Origin: Gemmatimonadota bacterium | GTDB taxonomy: Bacteria > Gemmatimonadota > Gemmatimonadetes > Longimicrobiales > Gaopeijiaceae | Direction: 5' to 3' | DNA: 64,000 bases | Assembly (NCBI GenBank): GCA_034521595.1 | Contig: JAXHMG010000003.1 | Span: forward strand, 928,001 to 992,000 | Shown: positions 42,714-51,426 of the stretch, in pieces | Layout of the letters: the number at the start of each line of letters is the position of its first letter | How positions within the stretch are numbered: the stretch's first letter is position 1 | Made by a program: the position numbers and the translations under genes | The notes under the pieces: model-generated | Told to the model about the DNA's origin: nothing | What the model saw: only the letters and a program-made list of their open reading frames with translations | Databases searched by the model: none

Positions 42714-43578
42714 ATGGGCGACCCGTCTAGCGCTGTCCGGATTGAGGGATCCCGGCCTGGGTTCTCGAAGGAGCACTATGTCCCGGTCCTCTTGGAACGG
42801 CCCCGGACCGGAATGGACCGGCTCCTGGAGTCGCCGTACAGGCGATACGCGGATCGAGCGGAATTCGAGGCGGTCTTGACCGAGGTGCCCCTCGCTTTGG
42901 TGGTCGTCGATGACGCCGAGCCCGGATTCCGAGCTTGGTTCCGCACCCTCCGCCTCCGGCACCCGGCCACTCGGTTCGTTTGTCTCGCTCCCCTCCAGGG
43001 TCCGGTGGCGCGGGAAATCGTGCGAGCGCACCCCGACGACGTCGTGTGGTGGCCGGATGAGTTGGGGGGACTTCAACCGCCGTGTCGGACGGTTGGCGGA
43101 ATACAGCCCGCGCGGCTGTTTGGAGCGGATGCTCGAGGGGGCCGGGTCTTTCCACCTGACCACCGGCGTCGCCATCCGAAGGATGTGCGACTTGCGACAA
43201 CCGGCCGTGACGCAGGTGCAGGTGTTGGCGCGGGAGGTGGTGCACGCGAGCGAGACGAAGCTTCGGACGGATTGGCGAAAGGATTTCGGGCACTGGCCGG
43301 TCAAGTCCGTGATCCATTGGGTGCTCTGGTTGCGTGCCGCCTGCCTGTTCGATCCGGCCTGGACCACCGAGCGGAACAGACTGCGAATCGCGATGGAGCT
43401 CGGTATTCACGAATCGACGCTCGACCGGATCTCGAAGAAGGTCACCGGGCGGACGTTCGCCCGGAGCATGGCTGAGCCCCACCTCGGAAGGTCGCTCGAG
43501 GCGTTCGAAGCGCTCTGGAGAGCGGTTCCGTTCCCATCGCCCCATTCCGGCACCCATCCCCGCCACCCAACGTTTTGA
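42714..43578 (+). CDS. AraC-like regulator with a receiver-like N-terminus; frameshift in the G-run near 43064 (pseudogene or sequencing error); start uncertain
   Basis: ORF 42516 (LVVVDD...DDVVW) joins ORF 42910 (VQVLAREVVHASETKLRTDW...LWLRA...IAMELGIHESTLDRISKKVTG), giving two HTH-like segments. Confidence 0.6.
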
Positions 43579-43635
43579 CCCACCTCACGCGTCACACTAA
43601 TGTCGCGGATATCGGGCGGTCCGGTCGCCGCCCGC
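43365..43635 (+). repeat. 271-bp direct repeat, copy 1
   Basis: Matches 48497-48767 at offset 5132 with about 6 mismatches. Confidence 0.97.
43575..43603 (+). promoter_or_regulatory. Sigma70-type promoter within repeat copy 1
   Basis: TTGACC-17 bp-TAATGT, followed by hairpin cgggcgg-N8-ccgcccg. Confidence 0.6.
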
Positions 43636-43639
43636 ATCT

Positions 43640-43711
43640 GACGTCACCGGCTCGGCCCCGGGGCCGAGCCCGTTCTCGACCGACGTGCCCCAACCGGTCA
43701 CGGGTGCCGAG
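43640..43711 (+). pseudogene. Remnant of an efflux MFP gene
   Basis: DVTGSAPGPSPFSTDVPQPVTGAE vs EVTGAVAGASQFSTDVPQPVTGAE in 48787..50001. Confidence 0.8.
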
Positions 43712-43875
43712 GATGTGACGTTTCCCTGAACCTCGGTGACCTTGCGCGCCTTCTTGAGTTCGGGCTCGGCCCGCTTCCGGAGCTTCTCGGCCTCGCTCTC
43801 GGACGGGTGGCCCCGCTTGTGGCCCCGACGGCGGCCAAGTGCGTGCAGGGCGCCCTCGTCCCGCTGCTTGCGGAC
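43712..43875 (-). mobile_element. IS3-family transposase OrfA fragment
   Basis: RKQRDEGALHALGRRRG...EKLRKRAE...LKKARKVTEVQGNV, ending at a GGGAAAC slippery-type motif; no inverted repeats or DDE domain seen. Confidence 0.65.
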
Positions 43876-44230
43876 GGGATCAAGCCGGTGGTGACAGTAG
43901 CCGCTCTTTGGCTGTCCCAACTTGCGCCCTCCGCCGCCGCCAAAGAGGACCCCCGGCCCACTCTACTACCCCAGGTCCGTGAGAGTCGGCGATGTCCCGC
44001 AAGAAAAGGGTTGCGCATCCCCCACCGCTGCCCGTACTGTGATAAGAACTGCACTGCAGTTTTATTTTGGCCGTGGAGCCACGATGGATACGAGAGTTGA
44101 GCAGTTGGAGCTCGCGTGGCAGACCGGAAAAGACGTGGGCGCCGGTGTGGTTTACATGGGCCAACGACGTGGCTCTTGGTACCCATCGGACCGTTCGTCG
44201 AGAGACGCTCCGTATCAGAAATTGAGGAAC

Positions 44231-45295
44231 ATGCGAAAGTCACACGATTTGTCGCTCCGCCCGGCGCTCGTCGGCCTAGCCCTTGTCCTCTTTATACTCG
44301 CCGGTGGAGGATGCGAACCGGGATCCGGAGAAACAGTAGCAAATGCTTCGCAGTCATCGCAATCAGGCCGCGACGCGGAAGGGTGGCTTGGGGAAGCGGA
44401 ATTCTCAATCGGTGTGCTTGAGGGTGATGACGATCAAGTTCTCGGCAAGATAGCAGCCGTGGCAGTCCCGGAGAGTGGCTCAATCATAGTCGCGGATTCC
44501 TGGGCGGGAGACCTTCGCCTCTTCGATGCCGGTGGTCGGCACGTGAAGACCGTAGGCAGGGCAGGCGCCGGGCCAGGTGAATATACGGCTATCGGGGCCG
44601 TATTATCTGAAGGGGATCGAGTGATCGCTATCGATCGCACGGGTAAGTTTACTGAGTACGACAACGATTTGAACATGAACCGAGAAGTGCGGCTTCCGTT
44701 TCTCCCAATGAAGCCCGGATGCCTTCTGGACGACAGGTTGGTATTGGGCGAGAGCATAGGGGAATCGCGACGACCTTTTCACATCGTCGAGTTGAACGGC
44801 ACTGTCATCGGATCCCTGGGGGTCTGGCAGGAGAGCGAATCAGGAGCCATGCGCAATCAAAAGGGAGAGGGTGACTTTGATTGTGCGGATGGGGTCTTGG
44901 TGCATGCGACGAGTGCCGACGGTGTCATCAGAGGGTGGGATCTCGTAAGTGGGAAGCTGAGGTGGGAGGAGGAGATTCCTGACTACATGGAGCTAGTATA
45001 TCGGCAACTCGACGGTGGAGCCGTGGAGGTTGGTCTGCCAGATGGTGTATCAGCATACGACCGAGTCGAGGGCCTCACTTCTACGGGAGACGGGCTCTTG
45101 CTGCAGGTTGGCAGACGAAGAGCGGAGGATCCAACAGTGGTGGTTGGTATGCGCTCTTGGTTAGTCGATTCAGAGACGGGAACGCTGACACCTCTGCCGT
45201 CCGATATCCCCCGGGTGACAGCTGCGAGTCACTCCCGGATTGTTACTCTGCAGGAGATACCATTTCCGCAGATTACAGTGTACGAAAGGCGGTAG
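44231..45295 (+). CDS. 6-bladed beta-propeller lipoprotein #7
   Basis: GAGGA RBS, lipobox-like GGGC, VGRAGAGPGEY, C-terminal PFPQITVYER. Confidence 0.85.
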   Translation: MRKSHDLSLRPALVGLALVLFILAGGGCEPGSGETVANASQSSQSGRDAEGWLGEAEFSIGVLEGDDDQVLGKIAAVAVPESGSIIVADSWAGDLRLFDAGGRHVKTVGRAGAGPGEYTAIGAVLSEGDRVIAIDRTGKFTEYDNDLNMNREVRLPFLPMKPGCLLDDRLVLGESIGESRRPFHIVELNGTVIGSLGVWQESESGAMRNQKGEGDFDCADGVLVHATSADGVIRGWDLVSGKLRWEEEIPDYMELVYRQLDGGAVEVGLPDGVSAYDRVEGLTSTGDGLLLQVGRRRAEDPTVVVGMRSWLVDSETGTLTPLPSDIPRVTAASHSRIVTLQEIPFPQITVYERR

Positions 45296-45362
45296 CTGGC
45301 CCGAGGTTGCTGCGACATTCTCTAAAAGGTGATACTGCACTGATTGTGGCTGTGGAGAGACG

Positions 45363-45717
45363 ATGAGCAGGGGGCTCGGAGAGTTTGAGCAGTTGCTGCT
45401 TTTCGCGGTGCTCCGGTTGGGGAAGGAGGCGTACGGTGTGCGGATCCGGCAGGAGATCGCGCGGCAGACCGGAAAAGACATCGCCGCCGGTGCGGGTCTA
45501 CACCGGCTTGGATCGGCTCCATAGCCGCGGCTACGTCACCTCTTACCAGGCAGAGGCGCCGCCGAGCCGGCGTGGCCGTCCGAGGAAGTACTATCGAGTC
45601 GAGCCTGAAGGAGCCCGTGCGCTCCAGTCGACCTACGGGAACGTCCGCCGCATGGCCGAAGGGGTGCTCGATGACCTGAATGCGCTGGCCGACGCTCCTG
45701 CCGGGGGCAGCACATGA
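45363..45717 (+). CDS. PadR family regulator; one extra base near 45495 (pseudogene or sequencing error)
   Basis: MSRGLGEFEQLLLFAVLRLGKEAYGVRIRQEI...AGA joins VYTGLDRL...RGRPRKYYRV in the next frame. Confidence 0.85.
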
Positions 45718-48401
45718 CTCCCCGGCCACCGCTTCTGCCCAGGGCACTCTTGCGGCTAATCCCGAGACCGCATCGGGATGTTATCGCGGGCGACCTAGAG
45801 GAGGAGTATCTCGAGACCGTCCTCCCCGAACGGGGCGCCAGAGCGGCGAACAGATGGTACTGGGCACAGACGATCGGGTCGGTAGTAGCGTTCCTCAGGG
45901 TCCCCTCGGGCAGAAATGGACTATCGCGGTCGCCCCCACCGCTCTTCCGTGAGATGCGTCACGCCGCCGTAACGCTTCGGCGGCGTCCGGGATTCGCGTT
46001 GCTCGCCGTCCTCACCCTCGGGGCCGGCATCGGCGCCAGCGTTTCCGTCTATTCTGTCGCCCATTGGGTCCTCCTCAGGCCGGTCTCCGGTGTCGAGGAT
46101 CCCGATCGCCTTGTACGGGTGTCTCTGGAGACGGAGACGGGAAATTCCACCACGTTCAGCCTTCTGAACCTCCAGGACCTGGTGGCTTCGGCGCCCGCGA
46201 TCTCACGTGGGGCCGGCTCTATCGCGACGATTCTGCAGGTTTCTACAGGCACTAGAGGGAGTGCGAGGAGCATCCCCACGGAAATTGTCACCGGGGATTA
46301 CTTCAAGACTCTCGGAGTGGAGGCGCACTTCGGGCGTCTCTTGAGGAGGGACGAGGCCGAAGGGACGGTAGCCCCACGGGCCGCTGTTATCGGATACGGC
46401 CTCTCGACATCGCTTTTCGACGGTCAAGCCGGTGCCCTCGGGGAAACGATCCACGTCAACGGGCTGCAGTTCACGATTGTTGGTGTGGCGCCGCCGGGAT
46501 TCCACGGTACCGACCGCCTCACTCCCGTGGATCTGTGGCTCGGCGCAGCGGCCTATCCTGCACTCCGCCGCTTCCCGCCGTCGTCGGACCTGCACTTGGG
46601 GAACCGAGGCGCACGGTTCTTCAGCCTCATGGTCGGACGGCTGGCGCCGGGGGCCGGTTTGGAGGAGGCACAGGAGCAACTGCAGTCGGGGATGCTCCGC
46701 CTCATCCAGGCATATCCCGACGAGAACGGGATCCACGAAGAGTATCGGCCACGTGCCATCCGGGGCCTGGGTGCGGACGCACAGACGCGCGAGGCGTTAA
46801 GCACATCCCTCTATCGACTGTCGGGGATGGTACTATTCATTCTCATCATCGCATGCGCAAACGTGGCCAATCTCCTGGTGCTGCGAGGGATCCATCGCCG
46901 GGGTGAGGTCGCCGTTCGTCGAGCCCTGGGAGCGTCCAGAGGGCACATGCTGCTCCAGTCGCTATCCGAAAGTCTGATGTTGGCCTTACCGGCCGCGGGG
47001 GTTGGCGTGGCCCTCGCGCTCTACCTCAATCGACTGCTCTGGACATCCGGCTTCCTCTTCACGGGATCCCTTGAGGAGGTGCCCCTCCATGGTAGCGCGG
47101 TCCTCTTCGCAGTCGCGCTCAGTGTGGCCACTACGGTGATCTTCGGCACGATCCCAGGAGTCGCGGCGACCAAAGTTAAGGTTGGTGAGCAGCTCAAGGG
47201 GACGGCCCAAACCGTCACTTCAGGAGGATGGCTCCTCAAGAGTGGCCTCACGGTCCTGCAACTCTCGGCCTCGATTGCTATCCTTGCATCCGCGCTCCTC
47301 CTGGCTCGGTCCATGGCCCATCTCAGCAGCGTCGACATAGGCTTCGAGGCGCGGGGGCTGCACCAGTATGTATTCGATCCAGCTCCTCAAGGATACGACC
47401 GGGACGAGGTGGTCGATCTGCACCGCCAAGCGCTCGAGCGTGTGACGGCCCTCCCGAGTGTGGCCGCCGCCACCGGCTCGGTCCACCCTCCGTTCTCCGA
47501 CGTCGTTACCCGTTACAGCATCGGGCCGACGGGGGAGGAGGGTGCAAGGGAGATGGTTCACGTCGATTGGATTGCTGAGAACTTCTTCGACGTGCTGCGA
47601 ATCCCCGTCATCGAGGGGCGTGCCTTCCAGCGAGAGGAAGTGATATCGGGAGAGCTGGAGCCCGAAGTCGCCGTTATCGGGCACCGTGTCGCTCGAACGC
47701 TCTTTGGAGACGCTCCAGCCGTCGGCCGCACCTTCGCGCTCCAAACGTCCAGCGGCAGCTTCACCCCGACGATCGTGGGAGTCGTGAATGATGTCCGAGG
47801 CTTTGATGTGCGTGACGACGCTGAGCCGAAGATCTACCTACCGCTCTTATCCGGCCGAGGAGATCCGATCAAGATCCTGGTCCGCTCGCCCTTTCCGCCG
47901 GAGCAGATCGGCGATGAGGTGCGCTTCGCTGTGGGTTTCGTCGAGCCGCGAGTGCCGGTAGAGGGCCCGGTGTCCATGACTGAACGTTTGGATCGGCAGC
48001 TTGCGGAGCAACGGACACTCCTACGCCTCGTCGGTCTGCTCTCGGTCTTCGCCGTCGGCCTCAGCGTTGTCGGCATCTACACGATCGTTGCCTATTCGGT
48101 AACGGTGCGGAGGCGCGAGTTCGGGATTCGAATGGCGCTCGGAGCGGGGCGTCGTCGGATTCTCGCGAGCGTGCTGCGGCGAGCCCTCGCGCTCGGGGCG
48201 GTGGGAGCAGGGGTCGGGCTGGGCTTGACGTTTATGAGTAGCCGGCTCATCCGAGCGGTGCTCTTCGGCGTCGGCCCCGCCGACCCCATATCCGTTTTGG
48301 GGGCCGCTGGGATCATGCTTCTGGTTGTACTTCTGGCGACGGCTCTTCCAGCCGTCTCCGCTACTCGTACGGACCCAAGTGCGCCGATTCGCGCCGAATG
48401 A
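45714..48401 (+). CDS. ADOP-type duplicated MacB/FtsX ABC permease #2
   Basis: AGDLEEEY...RWYW prefix, IACANVANLL...RRALGA, GIYTIVAYSV..RRREFGIRMALGA; ATGA overlap with padR. Confidence 0.92.
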   Translation: MTPRPPLLPRALLRLIPRPHRDVIAGDLEEEYLETVLPERGARAANRWYWAQTIGSVVAFLRVPSGRNGLSRSPPPLFREMRHAAVTLRRRPGFALLAVLTLGAGIGASVSVYSVAHWVLLRPVSGVEDPDRLVRVSLETETGNSTTFSLLNLQDLVASAPAISRGAGSIATILQVSTGTRGSARSIPTEIVTGDYFKTLGVEAHFGRLLRRDEAEGTVAPRAAVIGYGLSTSLFDGQAGALGETIHVNGLQFTIVGVAPPGFHGTDRLTPVDLWLGAAAYPALRRFPPSSDLHLGNRGARFFSLMVGRLAPGAGLEEAQEQLQSGMLRLIQAYPDENGIHEEYRPRAIRGLGADAQTREALSTSLYRLSGMVLFILIIACANVANLLVLRGIHRRGEVAVRRALGASRGHMLLQSLSESLMLALPAAGVGVALALYLNRLLWTSGFLFTGSLEEVPLHGSAVLFAVALSVATTVIFGTIPGVAATKVKVGEQLKGTAQTVTSGGWLLKSGLTVLQLSASIAILASALLLARSMAHLSSVDIGFEARGLHQYVFDPAPQGYDRDEVVDLHRQALERVTALPSVAAATGSVHPPFSDVVTRYSIGPTGEEGAREMVHVDWIAENFFDVLRIPVIEGRAFQREEVISGELEPEVAVIGHRVARTLFGDAPAVGRTFALQTSSGSFTPTIVGVVNDVRGFDVRDDAEPKIYLPLLSGRGDPIKILVRSPFPPEQIGDEVRFAVGFVEPRVPVEGPVSMTERLDRQLAEQRTLLRLVGLLSVFAVGLSVVGIYTIVAYSVTVRRREFGIRMALGAGRRRILASVLRRALALGAVGAGVGLGLTFMSSRLIRAVLFGVGPADPISVLGAAGIMLLVVLLATALPAVSATRTDPSAPIRAE

Positions 48402-48496
48402 GGTGAACGTTCGACGCCGGTGTTCCGCTCAGTGCGCGCACAGCGGGCGGGGGTCCCCCCCGTGCCGGAAGCCTGTAGGTCCGATTGTTCCGACAG

Positions 48497-48767
48497 CACC
48501 GAGCGGAACAGACTGCGAATCGCGATGGAGCTCGGCGTTCACGAATCGACGCTCGACCGGATCTCGAAGAAGGTCACCGGGCAGACGTTCGCCCGGAGCA
48601 TGGCTGAGCCCCACCTCGGAAGGTCGCTCGAGGCGTTCGAAGCGCTCTGGAGAGCGGTTCCGTTCCCATCGCCCCATTCCGGCGCCCACCCCCGCCACCC
48701 AACGTTTTGACCCACCTCACGCGTCACACTAATGTCGCGGACATCGGGCGGTCCGGTCGCCGCCCGC
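48497..48767 (+). repeat. 271-bp direct repeat, copy 2 (3' tip of the AraC-like gene plus promoter)
   Basis: Matches 43365-43635. Confidence 0.97.
48707..48735 (+). promoter_or_regulatory. Sigma70-type promoter of the RND efflux operon
   Basis: TTGACC(48707)-17 bp-TAATGT(48730), about 50 bp upstream of the MFP ATG. Confidence 0.65.
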
Positions 48768-48786
48768 TCACCTACGAGGCCACGCG

Positions 48787-50001
48787 ATGAGCTTTTCGAG
48801 ACGGACCCTGAGCCTGGTCACCGTGCTCCTCATTCTGGGGACGTTGGGGGCCGGTGTGCTGTGGCGGCTTCAGGACGCCGAGCCCGGGGAGGAATCGGAC
48901 ACCGCGGGGAGCGTCGTGGAGGGCGCCGAGGAGGTGACGGGCGCCGTGGCGGGCGCGTCACAGTTCTCGACCGACGTGCCGCAGCCGGTGACGGGCGCCG
49001 AGGCGATCCGCGACACCCTCTGGATCCGCGTGACGGCGGCCGGGCAGGCGGAGGCGTTCCGTCGGGCGACGGTGACGGCCCAGGTGGAGGGCTGGGTCGA
49101 GGACGTGCCGGTGCGGGAGAACGATCCGGTGACGCGCGGTGCGGTGCTCACCGTGGTCGATTCCACCGAGTACGCGCTCCAGGTGGACCAGGCCAGAGCC
49201 GATCTGCTGACGGCCGAGGCGGACTTCCAGGAGATGGTCCTCTTCGAGGACGAGATCGAGGATCCCGAGGTGCGAGCGGAGCGGCGGCGGGTGGCTCGCT
49301 CCCGGAGCGGCCTCGACCAACGGGAGGTGGAGCTTCGCCGGGCCGAGCTGGAGTTGGAGCGGACGCGGGTTACCGCTCCGTTCGCCGGGCGCGTGGCCAA
49401 CCTTCGCGTGGTGGAAGGGCAGTACGTGACCCCGGGCACCGAGCTCGGCACGGTGGTGGAGCTCGATCCGATCAAGGTGGAGGTCCAGGTCCTCGAGTCC
49501 GAGCTCGCCTTCCTCTCGGAAGGTCGGAGCGCCCAGGTCACGTTCGCGGCCTATCCGGGCGAGCGGTTCACGGGCCGCATCGAGACCATCAACCCGGTGG
49601 TGGACCCGGAGAGCCGCACGGGGCGGGTGACGGTGCACCTTCCCAACCCGGAGGGGCGCATCAAGCCGGGCATGTACGCCGAGGTCTCGCTCGACGCCGA
49701 AGCGCTGCCGGACCGGGTGATGGTGCCCCGCTCGGCGATCCTCGAGCGCGGTGAAGGGCGCCGCCGCACGATGCTCTTCGTCTATGACGACAGCGGGGAC
49801 GTGGGGCTCGCGAAGTGGCGCTACGTGAACACGGGGCGGGAGAACGACACCCATGTGGAGCTGCTTCGCGAGGGGCCCGAGCAGGACTTCGTGGAGCCGG
49901 GCGAGGTCGTGCTGGTGGACGGGCACCACTACCTGGCGCACGACACACCGGTCCGCCTGGTCGAGGACGTCCAGGCCGAGGGAGGGCGTCCGGGTGCGTG
50001 A
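48787..50001 (+). CDS. RND efflux periplasmic adaptor (MFP)
   Basis: N-terminal TM, lipoyl halves, VTAPFAGRV, INPVVDPESRT, IKPGMYA. Confidence 0.95.
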   Translation: MSFSRRTLSLVTVLLILGTLGAGVLWRLQDAEPGEESDTAGSVVEGAEEVTGAVAGASQFSTDVPQPVTGAEAIRDTLWIRVTAAGQAEAFRRATVTAQVEGWVEDVPVRENDPVTRGAVLTVVDSTEYALQVDQARADLLTAEADFQEMVLFEDEIEDPEVRAERRRVARSRSGLDQREVELRRAELELERTRVTAPFAGRVANLRVVEGQYVTPGTELGTVVELDPIKVEVQVLESELAFLSEGRSAQVTFAAYPGERFTGRIETINPVVDPESRTGRVTVHLPNPEGRIKPGMYAEVSLDAEALPDRVMVPRSAILERGEGRRRTMLFVYDDSGDVGLAKWRYVNTGRENDTHVELLREGPEQDFVEPGEVVLVDGHHYLAHDTPVRLVEDVQAEGGRPGA

Positions 50002-51424
50002 GGCGCGGTGGGGGCTCCGGCTGCTCGTCGGGACGGCCGGGACGGCCGTCTTGCTCGCGCTGGCCGTGCCCGTGCACGCGTTCCAGGCCGACACGCTCCG
50101 GCTCTCGCTCGACGAGGCGATGCGGATGGCGGAGGGCGGCAACCCCGGCTTCCGGCAGGCACGGAACGCCGTGACGCTGAACGGCGTCGAGTCCCGCACC
50201 ACCTGGCTCGGCGAGATCGTGCCCGAAGTGAGCCTCTCGCTCTTCAGCACGGGATACACGGGCAATCTGCAGCGTCGCGCGACCGACAACTTCGGGAACC
50301 CGATCGAGAATCCGAGCGCGGACTGGGTCTACTTCTCCAACACCAATCAATCGCTCAACGTCACGTGGGCGTTCCAGGGCCCCTCGCTGTTCGACGCGCA
50401 CCGGAGGCAGACCCTGGTGAACCGTGGCCGGTCCCTCAGCCGGGAGGTGGCGCTGAGCGAGCTCCAGATGGAGGTGCGGCGTCTGTACATGGACGCGCTG
50501 GAGCAGCGCGCGCTCACGGGCGCCGAAGAGGAGCTGGTCGCGGCCCGCGAGGTCGACCTGGAGGTCGCGGAGCGGCTCTTCTCCCTCGCCATGCGGACCC
50601 GCGTGGACGTGCTGAACGCCGAGCTCGCGGTGGAGCAGCAGGCCCTCGCGCTCCAACGCCAGCGGGCGGCGCACCGCCGGGCCCTTCTCGCGCTCCGCAC
50701 GAGCCTGGGCACCGACGGTCCGACCGAGCTCGCCCTCGCGGACGAGCCGCTGCCCATCTTCGATCCGGCGGCGCTCGATCCGGACGCCCTGGTCCGTCGC
50801 GCACTCGACGCCAACCCGTCGCTCCGCCGCTCCCGAGTCGACGTGCGAAGCGCCGAGCTCGCGGTCTCGGAGCAACGGAACGTGTGGTGGCCCGAGGTCT
50901 CGATGGGCTTCAACCTCTACCGGCGCGCCCAGCGCCCGAACCAGGACGCGCTCTTCGACTTCTCGTTCGACGAGGGCCTCGAACGCCGGTTCTTCGTGCA
51001 GCTTTCGCTTCCGGCCTTCAACAACTTCTTCGAGAACCGCAGGTCGGCGGCGCAGGCCGCGGTCGAGCGCGACAACGAGCGGGAGGCCGACCGGGAGGCG
51101 CGTCTGGACGTGGAGGAGGCCGTGCGGGGGGCGCACCTGGAGCTGAACAACGAATGGCGGTCGCTCCGCCTCGCCGAGCGGTCGCACGAGATCGCGGAGG
51201 AGGCGCTCAGGCTCGCCCGCGAGGAGTACCGCCTCGGCACGCGCTCCTTCGAGGACCTGCAGGCCAGCTTCGAGCAGGAGGCGGAGACGCGCCGGCAGGT
51301 GATCACCGCCCGGTACGCCTTCGTCGACGCGCTGCTCGACCTCGAGGAGGCCGTGGGTGAGTCGGTGCGGCCGCCTGGTGACGGGACCGGGTCCGGGGCG
51401 GTAGGGCCCGGCGGAGGGCGCTGA
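49994..51424 (+). CDS. TolC family outer-membrane channel
   Basis: Signal peptide ending VHA, LSLDEAMRMAEGGNP, coiled repeats, EEYRLG. Confidence 0.9.
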   Translation: MREARWGLRLLVGTAGTAVLLALAVPVHAFQADTLRLSLDEAMRMAEGGNPGFRQARNAVTLNGVESRTTWLGEIVPEVSLSLFSTGYTGNLQRRATDNFGNPIENPSADWVYFSNTNQSLNVTWAFQGPSLFDAHRRQTLVNRGRSLSREVALSELQMEVRRLYMDALEQRALTGAEEELVAAREVDLEVAERLFSLAMRTRVDVLNAELAVEQQALALQRQRAAHRRALLALRTSLGTDGPTELALADEPLPIFDPAALDPDALVRRALDANPSLRRSRVDVRSAELAVSEQRNVWWPEVSMGFNLYRRAQRPNQDALFDFSFDEGLERRFFVQLSLPAFNNFFENRRSAAQAAVERDNEREADREARLDVEEAVRGAHLELNNEWRSLRLAERSHEIAEEALRLAREEYRLGTRSFEDLQASFEQEAETRRQVITARYAFVDALLDLEEAVGESVRPPGDGTGSGAVGPGGGR

Positions 51425-51426
51425 AG

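Noticed and set aside
43922-44230. 100-aa N-terminal extension of propeller #7
   Set aside because: The RBS and lipoprotein signal begin at ATG 44231
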